Source: Rebecca billardiae RCC1528 (taxonomy: Eukaryota > Protista > Haptophyta). From it: a stretch of DNA of 64,000 nt. The stretch covers positions 372,001 to 436,000 of the forward strand of contig OZ251239.1 in NCBI GenBank assembly GCA_965240325.2, given 5' to 3'. Both the position numbers and the translations under genes were made by a program. Positions 46,478 to 56,600 of this stretch are shown here, one piece after another. The notes beneath the pieces were generated by a model. That model had not been told where the DNA came from. It did not search any database and saw only the letters and a program-made list of their open reading frames with translations. How positions within the stretch are numbered: position 1 is the first letter of the stretch; each line of letters begins with the position of its first letter.

Positions 46478-47941
46478 TTAGAGGCCGCTCGTGCTCGGCG
46501 CGGCCGTCACGTTGCACGGCTTCAGCACCCATTCACGCAATGTCGCCTCCGCGCGCGTCCTGGGCTTGTGCGTGGGCTGAGACTCCGGGCCGGAGCTGGG
46601 CGCCTCGGCTGCAGGCGCGGCCGGAGAGCCGTCGTCGAGGGTCGGCGGGTAGCCCACGTCCGCGCACGACGGCGCGGGCCCCGTGTTGCTCTTACAGAGC
46701 CGCGAAGCCGTCTGCCGCAAGTGGGTCACGACTTGGGACGCGCCGATCGGCGTAGGCTGCGGCTGCGGCTGCGATCGCGCGCGCACAGCCTTCGCCTCGG
46801 CAGTCGCCAGCATGGCCGCTGCTGACGGCGAGCCGTCGTCGTTCGTGCCGTTGGTCGGCTTCTGCCTGGCGATGTCGGCGAGCGCGCCGACATACGCCGC
46901 GCGGCTCGTGCCCAGCGGCACGAAGCACCCGTCTCCCTTCGCCGCCTCGAGCAGCCGAGCGTCCAGGACGGCATTCGCTGCCCGGTAGAATGTGTAGTCA
47001 TCCGCCAGCGCCTCGCGAGCGAGCGCGCGCGCGGCTTCGGGGTCGCGCGCGCGCTCCTCCTGGTTGCGGCGGAGCCACTCGGCGAGCTCGCCACCCTTCT
47101 TCCGCCGCTTGTGCGCCCAGCCCCTCACGATCCCCGTGAAGGGCGCCCCCATCCTGTGCTGCAGCAGCGCGAGCGACTCGGCCATGCGCTCGAACACGCC
47201 GACAAAGACGTGAGGCGCGCTCAGCTGCTCTGTGACCCACGCCGAGCCGACGGCCGCGCCGCTGAGGCGCGGCGTGTACGACTCGGGGAGGATGAACTCG
47301 ACCTGCAGGTGGCACGCGTTGCCCCACGCCAGGTCCTTCTGCGTGCGCCGCTTCGCCGCGCACGGCAAGAAGTCGCGCCAGAAGCTTGGGAATAATTTCC
47401 GGTACGAGCTGAAATAGGAGCAGCGCGAGAGCGCCCAGCTCTCGGGCTCGCGCACGAGCGCAAACATGACGAAGCGGCAGCGCGGCCAGGCGCGCGCGAC
47501 GCGCGGCAGCTCGAGCAGCATCTCCCTGTACGCGTACGTCGTCGTGTGGTCCTCGGCGAAGCTGAGCGGGAACGAAGGGCCGTTCTGACTCGCGTTCGAG
47601 ACGAGCAGCGAGTGGAGCCAGCTGGTGGGCAGAGCGGCGGGCCCGGCCGGCACGCGGCCGAGCGCGCGGAGCCGCGAGCCCGAGACGTAGCCCTTCACTA
47701 GACGCCATCCGCAGTGCCTCGCCATCCCGGCGCCCATGTACTGCCGGATGCTCGTGCCAGCGGTCTTTGGGTTGTGCCGGAAGAGCAGAAGGCCACACCG
47801 AGCCGCGCGCGCGGCGTAGTCGTGCGCGCAACGCGGCAGCGGCGACTCGGTGGGCGCGGCCGTGCTGGGGCGTGCGAGGTGCGACAGGAGGAGCAGCACC
47901 GGCGCGAGTCTCAAAGGCGCAGTCCACCGTGATGATGCCAT
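46478..47941 (-). CDS. Golgi-type carbohydrate sulfotransferase (Sulfotransfer_2 / HS2ST-Gal3ST-like)
   Basis: Signal/anchor sequence; 5'-PSB HNPKTAGTSI; 3'-PB LVREPESWALS; FVGVFERMAESLALL and DDYTFY motifs. Confidence 0.85.
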   Translation of the reverse strand: MASSRWTAPLRLAPVLLLLSHLARPSTAAPTESPLPRCAHDYAARAARCGLLLFRHNPKTAGTSIRQYMGAGMARHCGWRLVKGYVSGSRLRALGRVPAGPAALPTSWLHSLLVSNASQNGPSFPLSFAEDHTTTYAYREMLLELPRVARAWPRCRFVMFALVREPESWALSRCSYFSSYRKLFPSFWRDFLPCAAKRRTQKDLAWGNACHLQVEFILPESYTPRLSGAAVGSAWVTEQLSAPHVFVGVFERMAESLALLQHRMGAPFTGIVRGWAHKRRKKGGELAEWLRRNQEERARDPEAARALAREALADDYTFYRAANAVLDARLLEAAKGDGCFVPLGTSRAAYVGALADIARQKPTNGTNDDGSPSAAAMLATAEAKAVRARSQPQPQPTPIGASQVVTHLRQTASRLCKSNTGPAPSCADVGYPPTLDDGSPAAPAAEAPSSGPESQPTHKPRTRAEATLREWVLKPCNVTAAPSTSGL

Positions 47942-48028
47942 CGCCCGCGGTCGAGCTCGGCGCAACAGGGGCGTTGCGCCAGCTGGACAAACGCCTTCCG
48001 GTCTTTTCAGATCGGCGCTTTTCAATAA

Positions 48029-51000
48029 AATAACCGTAAAGAAGATATGGTCCGCGGCCGTCCGGCCGTGCTGCGCAAACGATGTCCTCGCCAGCACTCA
48101 GCAGCGCTCCCTCTGTCCATCCAGCGCCGTGACCATCCCGCAAGGTTCCGCCTCACCTTCTAGACGACGATCTCTGGTTCCAGCATAGGAGATAGTCGAG
48201 GTCGGAGGTGTGGCCCATGCGAGTGACGGAGTGACCAGCCCGCAGCCGGCGAGTCCTCGCCTGCGGTGTGGCGCCACCTGTGCAGCACGACTTGGTTCCG
48301 GCATAGCTTCCCCCTGGCTGTGCTCGTGCTGGCTAACCTCGGACTGACGCGCATCAATGGGCTGTGACGTCTGACACGATCCGCGGTAAACTACAGGAAT
48401 CTTACGAACGCGCCCTGGTGCCGGCCAGGCGCCGCAGACGCAGTGCGAGCGAGCCAACCGCGCCGTGACGCCGGCGCCGTGCACTGGCCGGTTGGCCCAC
48501 AAGTGGCCATACGGCGAGACGTCACCAGACACCTGTCGCACGAGTCGCACGTGAATTAACGTGGTGCGCTCCCTCCGCCTCCCTGCCGATTCAGACTTGA
48601 TGCCCGCCGCCACACCTGACACACACCAGCTCACTACCCCAAGGCCCAGATGTGAGAGGTAAAATGGAGTCTGGGCTGCCGGCCGGAGCCCATCAAGCAG
48701 ACACGCCTGCGGCTGCTGCAGCCGCAACGTGCTGGCGATGAGACAGGGGACCAAGACCACCCCGTCCGCACCAAGCCATCCGCGATTGTGGTCATCCAGC
48801 CGCCCGAGGAGCGAGCCTCGCTCACCTGGCAGCACATGCCGCACAACAGTGGCGCAGCTGCCAAGGGCAAGGCAAAGCGGAAGGACGCAATCGTGCGGCC
48901 AGCGTCGCAGCGGGCATCCATCCAACCCACACGGGAGGCCCGCAGCCGCCTAGCAGCCCAGCCCAGCCCGTCACGGAGAGTCACAGCACTGGCTCTCGTG
49001 CAGCATCCGCACCCTGCGAGCACGGAGAGTTCAGGACGCAACGCAGGGCGGCGCGCGCGCGGCAGACGAGCCGGGCCGTCACCGCCCGCCTCCACAAGCC
49101 GCCCCCGCGCGCGCGGCGCGCACCATCCGCCCCAGTGGTAGCGCGCAGCGGCGCGCGCCGCGACCCTGGTCGAACCGGGACGCACTGCTCACGCCGTGGC
49201 GCGGCGCGACGGGCGCGGCGCGGCGAGGTCGCATGTGCTTCCCCCGGGGGCCTGAGCGTACTGGCTGAGGCCCCCACGCGCGGCGGACTCCGCGCGCGCC
49301 CCGCCTGATGTGCGCGCGGCGCGCGGCCACAGCGCGCGGCGGGCTTCCATGGGCCGGTGCCGGTCCGTATTCGGTCTCGTCAGCACCGTGCTCGGTCTCG
49401 TCAAGCGTTACTGTACGGCCCCCAGGCGGCCCCCTTTAGCGCGGTCCTCGACAGCGAGGCCAACCATCGACGCTTGGAAGCCTACGGCCGCGCCAAACGA
49501 CGGCGCCGAGCGGGCGCGCGCGCGCGGCACGAGAGGTAGACTCCCGTAGCGTGCCTCCACACCCCGCCCGCGCCAGCGCACCCGCTCCCGGCTCTCTTTC
49601 CGCTCCGCGGCGGCGCGCGGCACCCGAGCCGCACTGAACGCGTGCACGGCGCACGCCGTGGCGCGGCGCGACGGGCGCGGCGCGGCGCGCTCGGAGTGAA
49701 ATCGCCCGGGGCTCCGAGCGTACGGGCCGACGCGCCCGCGCGCGGCGCGCTCCGCCCGCGCCCCGCCAAATGCGCGTGTTATCACGAGGCGCGGGTCGCC
49801 ACCCTTACGCGCGGCGGCGCGGCCGTCGCGAGGGGTCCCCGCACTTGGCGGCGACGAGAAGCGTCCGGACTCTCCTTGATGTTGCACAAAGCCGCGGGGG
49901 CGGCACGGTTAAATCCGGGCGTGCCCCCCCCGCGGAATAACCGTAAAGAAGATATGGTCCGCGGCCGTCCGGCCGTGCTGCGCAAACGATGTCCTCGCCA
50001 GCACTCAGCAGCGCTCCCTCTGTCCATCCAGCGCCGTGACCATCCCGCAAGGTTCCGCCTCACCTTCTAGACGACGATCTCTGGTTCCAGCATAGGAGAT
50101 AGTCGAGGTCGGAGGTGTGGCCCATGCGAGTGACGGAGTGACCAGCCCGCAGCCGGCGAGTCCTCGCCTGCGGTGTGGCGCCACCTGTGCAGCACGACTT
50201 GGTTCCGGCATAGCTTCCCCCTGGCTGTGCTCGTGCTGGCTAACCTCGGACTGACGCGCATCAATGGGCTGTGACGTCTGACACGATCCGCGGTAAACTA
50301 CAGGAATCTTACGAACGCGCCCTGGTGCCGGCCAGGCGCCGCAGACGCAGTGCGAGCGAGCCAACCGCGCCGTGCACTGGCCGGTTGGCCCACAAGTGGC
50401 CATACGGCGAGACGTCACCAGGCACCTGTCGCACGAGTCGCACGTGAATTAACGTGGTGCGCTCCCTCCGCCTCCCTGCCGATTCAAGCTTGATGCCCGG
50501 CGTCACACCTGACACCAGCTCACTGCCCCAAGGCCCAGATGTGAGAGGTTAAATGGAGTCTGGGCTGCCGGCCGGAGCCCATCAAGCAGACACGCCTGCG
50601 GCTGCTGCAGCCGCAACGTGCTGGCGATGAGACAGGGGACCAAGACCACCCCGTCCGCACCAAGCCATCCGCGATTGTGGTCATCCAGCCGCCCGAGGAG
50701 CGAGCCTCGCTCACCTGGCAGCACATGCCGCACAACGGTGGCGCAGCTGCCAAGGGCAAGGCAAAGCGGAAGGACGCAATCGTGCGGCCAGCGTCGCAGC
50801 GGGCATCCATCCAACCCACACGGGAGGCCCGCAGCCGCCTAGCAGCCCAGCCCAGCCCGTCACGGAGAGTCACAGCACTGGCTCTCGTGCAGCACCCGCA
50901 CCCTGCGAGCACGGAGAGTTCAGGACGCAACGCAGGGCGGCGCGCGCGCGGCAGACGAGCCGGGCCGTCACCGCCCGCCTCCACAAGCCGCCCCCGCGCG

Positions 51001-51827
51001 CGCGGCGCGCACCATCCGCCCCAGTGGTAGCGCGCAGCGGCGCGCGCCGCGACCCTGGTCGAACCGGGACGCACTGCTCACGCCGTGGCGCGGCGCGACG
51101 GGCGCGGCGCGGCGAGGTCGCATGTGCTTCCCCCGGGGGCCTGAGCGTACTGGCTGAGGCCCCCACGCGCGGCGGACTCCGCGCGCGCCCCGCCTGATGT
51201 GCGCGCGGCGCGCGGCCACAGCGCGCGGCGGGCTTCCATGGGCCGGTGCCGGTGCGTATTCGGCTCGTCAGCACCGTGCTCGGTCTCGTCAGGCGTTACG
51301 GCCCCCAGGCGGCCCCCTTTAGCGCGGTCCTCGACAGCGAGGCCAACCATCGACGCTTGGAAGCCTACGGCCGCGCCAAGCGACGGCGCCGAGCGGGCGC
51401 GCGCGCGCGGCACGAGAGGTAGACTCCCGTAGCGTGCCTCCACACCCCGCCCGCGCCAGCGCACCCGCTCCCGGCTCTCTTTCCGCTCCGCGGCGGCGCG
51501 CGGCACCCGAGCCGCACTGAACGCGTGCACGGCGCACGCCGTGGCGCGGCGCGACGGGCGCGGCGCGGCGCGCTCGGAGTGGACTCCCCCGGGGCTCCGA
51601 GCGTACAGGCCGACGCGCCCGCGCGCGGCGCGCTCCGCCCGCGCCCCGCCAAATGCGCGTGTTATCACGAGGCGCGGGTCGCCACCCTTACGCGCGGCGG
51701 CGCGGCCGTCGCGAGGGGTCCCCGCACTTGGCGGCGACGAGAAGCGTCCGGACTCTCCTTGATGTTGCACAAAGCCGCGGGGGCGGCACGGTTAAATGAC
51801 TTAAATCCGGGCGTGCTCCCCCCGCGG
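48029..51827. repeat. Head-to-tail duplication of a ~1.9 kb unit (48029-49935; 49936-51827)
   Basis: Both copies start AATAACCGTAAAGAAGATATGG and end TTAAATCCGGGCGTG..CCCCCCGCGG; highly similar, with small indels. Confidence 0.97.
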
Positions 51828-53299
51828 AAAAAGAAATGTTCCGCGCTGTCCAACGGCAAAGCGCGGCGGATGGCGGCTTCGCCGCCGCATGGGCGCGCGA
51901 GTCGCCATTGCCCGCAGAAAACGTGCGTCAGAGGCAAGGAAGCGGGCAGATGGCGCGTCGCACGCGTCGTGGAAGTCGGTCGCGACGCTCGCCAGCCTCA
52001 GCGCGCGCGGCGAAGCCACGTCCATGGGCGCCCAGCGTGCAGGCGGCACGGCCACGCCGCTCGCCCGCGGCGACCGGCCTCGCACGCGTTCTTGCGGCGC
52101 GAAAGAGCATCCCAGCTGCGGTCATTTGCCTTGTGCGTCGGGAGACGTGTGCCAGCTAGCCAATGCGCACGCGCCGCGAGCTGCACGGTGTGCGCACACG
52201 TCGCCCGCCGCGCGGCCGGGCGTGCGCCGAAAGCGGCACAGCGAGAGAGGGCCCCGATCCGAGTGCAGGTCTCGCCAGGGCCCTCCACAAGTCCAAGGAT
52301 CCTGGGTCTTGGGTCCTTCGCGTTTGTCCAGCTGGCGCAACGCTCCGGGCCGAGCTGCTCATCTCTCGGCCGCCCCTGCTTGCCTGCGCATCGCCATCAG
52401 CAAAGCCCGAGGCTCATCTCCTCTGCGTTCTTAAACCCGCCATCCGCCCCTGCAGCCTCCGTTGTGGTTGACGGCCTTGTCGTCAGGCCTGTGAGTGCTG
52501 CGCTTGCCTGAGCCAGGGACCTTGCTGCCACGCTGGCGCAGTCTGCGCGCAGCTTTGGCACCGTCGGCTCAGTCGCTCTTCCCGTTCAGCCAGGGACAAA
52601 TCCCCACCATGCGCAAGTATATATATGTGGGGTTATTGGTACAATAACTGATTGTCTAAGAGGACGACAAGAACGCCGGGCGCCAGCGCCGCTCATCAGC
52701 CACATCGCCCTGTAACAGACCATCGCCTCAAAGGGCTGCTCCCGGACAAACAGTCTGTCCGGGTTTTTCTGCCGCCCAGGAGATCGGTTTCCGGCGCCGG
52801 CCTCTGCCGCCTGCTTCGCCAGGCGCGGCGTGTGAGGTGGCTCCAGCCAAGCTCGTCCTGCGTCGCCGCCGGCGGCGGCTCGCACGCGGGTGGCGCGTCG
52901 CGTGCACCGACCAACATCTTTCGGCGATCTCGTCGACGGCGAGCGGCATGCCCACCGCATCTGCTGCCGCTCGCCAAGGCATGAGGACGCATAAATTCCA
53001 CTGAGTAGGAACACACGCAGCCGCCTCAGCATCGACATGCCAGGCGGCGTGCCCACCTTCGGCCAGCAGTTGGCGTCGGCGTTCACGAGGACGGCTAGAC
53101 ATATATATATATATATACATCACCATTTCTGCATCCATCATGGTGTGTATAGCTATCATCGGCATTTGCTGCATGCTCACATATGTGCTGCAATACCTGC
53201 CCTCGCATGCACATCAGCACGCAGACTGTGGGTGATGTTCGTCCATACTGTACTCAATGACGTCGCGCGTTGCTTTGAAGCTATGCACGGGAGTGACAC

Positions 53300-53321
53300 G
53301 ACACACACACACACACACACG

Positions 53322-53365
<44 letters not shown>

Positions 53366-53432
53366 CACACACACACACACGTACATAATATATATATAAA
53401 TAAATAGGTCGTATATATATATATATATATAT
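53300..53432. repeat. (CA)n and (TA)n microsatellites
   Basis: Directly visible. Confidence 0.95.
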
Positions 53433-53454
53433 TTAAGAAAGTGTCTGATCAAAA

Positions 53455-53527
53455 TCTTCGCCAGACGAGTCTTATCCGCCTCACCGCGATTCAGATTATC
53501 GTCGGCAAATGAGACGACGAAACTGCG
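53455..53527. repeat. Dispersed ~70-bp repeat, copy 2 (copy 1 at 46377-46441)
   Basis: Same core as copy 1, with several 2-3 bp indels. Confidence 0.85.
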
Positions 53528-53638
53528 ATAGACGATAGGACGACGCCGATCAGCGCACGACTCTGGCGAGCAGTGACGGCACCCGAGCTGCCCTCGGAGC
53601 GTCTCGGAACACAGCATGCCAGCCGTGCAGCAGCGGGA

Positions 53639-56600
53639 TCAGGCCGAGCGGCGCCGAGCGCGGTCCCTACTCGTCGTGCCAGCCGCGGGCGCAGCGTCCA
53701 GCTCACGCATGGCTGGCCACAATCCGAGCCCCGACGATGTTGATCCGCGATCGTCGTTAGCGGCGGCGCGGCGCATGGGTGCGGCGGGCGCAGCGCGGCG
53801 GGCGGTCATCAGCACACCTCCGCGCACGGCGCACTTGCGCACGGGTGCAGGCGCGCGCTCGGCGGCGCGCGCGCGCGCACTCGACGCTTCAGTCGGCGAC
53901 AGGTAGCCTCGGCCGCGCCGAGTCACCAGGACACTTCCGCGGAGGTTGGGCGGAGGAGGCGGCACGACGCGCCGCGCCGCGTCGCGCGAGCGCGGCGGCT
54001 CCGGCGCGGCGTGCGCGTTGGCCCACGGCGCAAGCTCCCCGCCGTCCTGCGGCGCGTCGGCGCGCGCGGAGTGCGGCGGCGTGCTCGAGCGCGCGCGCGG
54101 CGCAGCCGACAGCTCACTCCCAGTGTCGAGCAGCGCCGCCGCCATCGCGAACGCTGACCATTCCGCCGACTTGGTCGGCTGCGGTGCGCACGGCTGCGGC
54201 GCACACACGCAGCGCACGGGACGCGTGCGCACGGGGCGCGCGCGCCGCGCGGGGAGGAGGCCGCGCGGTGCGGCGCGCGGGCTCGGTGGGTGTGAGCGAG
54301 CGGACGGGTGCAGGTGTGCGCAAGCGCCCTGCCCACATGGCGGGTGCCGCGCGCGCCCTGCTGCGGGCAGCACAGGGCCGGCGCGCGCGCGGGCGAGGGC
54401 CGTCGTGTGCGCGCGCGGAGACGCGCCGCGCAGGGCGCGGCGCAGCGCAGCGCACACCTGCGCGCGCTCGGCACCGCCGCCGAGCCACGCCGCGTTGGCG
54501 GAGGCGGCTGTGGACCGGCCGAGCGGCGGGGAGGCACGCGGGGAGCGGCGCGCGCTGCCGCCGCGCGCCGCGCCGGCCCGAGGGCCGGCGGGACTGCCGG
54601 CGGCGGAGGCAGCGCGCGCGCTGTGGCGATCGGCCGCCGCTCTGTACAGCCGGTCCCACACCGAGCCCCCGGCGCGGCGCGGAGACGTGCTGGTGGGCTG
54701 CGGCCGCGGCGCGCTCAGGCCACGGCCGCGCGCGGGCGGGGCGCGCGCCGCGCCGTCCGCGAGCCCGGCGGCGCGCGGCTGGCCGGCGCCTGAGCTGCCG
54801 CCAGGCAGCGCTGCGCTCCCGCGTCGGCGTGTCGCGCCGCCGGGCGGGTCTGGTGTGTCCGGCCGGCCGCCCATGAAGAGGGCGAGCGCGCTCGGCGCGA
54901 CGATGGCCGTGGGCACGAAGCCCGGCGCGTGCGCGAGGCGGTGCTGGGACCGGCCGCGCCCGCCGTCAGCCCGGAGAGCGCTCGTCTCTCGGGAAGCCAG
55001 CAGCGCGGCGGTCGCGGCGCGGAGCAAGGCCGCGTGTCTCAGCTCAAGCACCGATCGACCGGCGGTGCCGCCCTCGGTAGCGGGGCCGGCGCGCTGGGCT
55101 GCGTCGCCGCTGCCGCAGCTGTTGCGCCGGACGCCGCTCGCGCCGCCGTCGCCGCCGCTCCCGCCCTCGCCACGCTCGCCGCTGTAGTCACAGCTATGCC
55201 GGGCGGCGCGGCCCGCGCAGCCAGGCCCTGTCCAGATGGGCTCTGGCGTCAGGATGGCCGCCGGCGACGCGGCGTTGGGCGCGGGCGAAGGGGAGCCGAG
55301 AGGAGCGGGCGGGAGGTCGGGCGGCAGCTGCAGCGCGCCGCGCGCTGCGCCGCCGACGCCGCCACCGCCAACCTCCTCCGCCGCCCCCGCCTCGTCCTCG
55401 CTCCGGCACTCACCACCACCCTCCGCGCCATCGGCCGCCGACGCGCCGGCCGCGCCGCCGGGTGTCGGCTCCGAGCGCCGCCCGCCGCACGCACCGGGCG
55501 GCGGCGCGGCCCGCGGCGGCGATGGCGCAGCCGCATCCCCCGGCGGCGCCGCGCCGCCGAGCCGCGGCGGCGCGGTGGCGGACAGTCGCGCGTACGAGCC
55601 AATCAGCCCCGCCAGACTCGCCGGAGTCCGGGGCGGCGGCAAAAAGTCCGGAAGCCCAAGCCGTTCGCTTAGGTGCGAGCCCGCGCCGCGCGGCGCGAGG
55701 GACAGGGCGCGCGCGAGCGCGCTCGTCTCGCGGTCGGGCGGGCGGTGCGGCCGCCGGAGCCATGCCGGGCGCGGCGTGGGCACGGAGCGCGCGCCCGCGC
55801 CCGCGCGCGCCGCGCGCGCGCCCGCGCGCAGCAGCGCGCGCGCGCCGACCACGCCGGGGGGTGAGTAGCTGCTCGTGCGGTCGACGCGGTCGGCGCGCGC
55901 GCCCGCCGCCGCCCCGGCGACGCATGCGCCGCCGCGCGGCGAGCCTCCGACTGACACGGCTGTGCGCATGAGGCCGGCCGCGCCGGCAGAGGCGGCGCGT
56001 GGCGCGGCGCACGCCGCCGCCCGTCGCGCATCGAGCTCAGCGGCGCCGGCGCCGCCGCCGGGCGCGCGCGGCGCCGCCGCCTCAGCCGCGCAGGCAGGGC
56101 CTGGCGGCGGCGAGGCGCGCCGCGCACACGCCGCGGTGCGGCTCACGGCTGCGCGCGGCGGCTCTGAGCGAACGGCAAGCGGGGGCGGCGCCGCCGGCTC
56201 GGCGTGCGCGCCGCTCGTCTGTGCCGCCTCGGCGCCGCCTCCGCCGAGCGAGGGCGCGCGGTACGGGCGCGGCACTGGGTGCGATGGCGGCGCGGAGAGC
56301 GGCTGCGCTGGCGTTAGGCTCGGCGCGCGCTCCCTGCCGCGCCCGGCGCCGCCAGCTGCCGGCGTGCTCGGCGCCGACGCGCGCTCCGACTCGGCCGTCG
56401 CGGCGCGCGCGAGCCGCCGTGCCGCCAGCCTGCGAGCGCGCGTCCCCTCCGTCACCAGCTCGCCCAGCGCCAGCCGGAGCCGCAGCCGCGGCAGGGACCA
56501 GGGCGTAGCACACTGCGCGCTGCGCCGCCGCTCGCCGCCCAGCTCGGCGGCCGCGGCGGCCGCGGCGGCCGCGCTCGGCGGCGTGTGCGTGTGCGTCGTC

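Noticed and set aside
51830-53290. Fragmentary protein-like frames and a possible LTR start (TGTGGGG at ~52626)
   Set aside because: No second LTR, primer-binding site or recognisable domain
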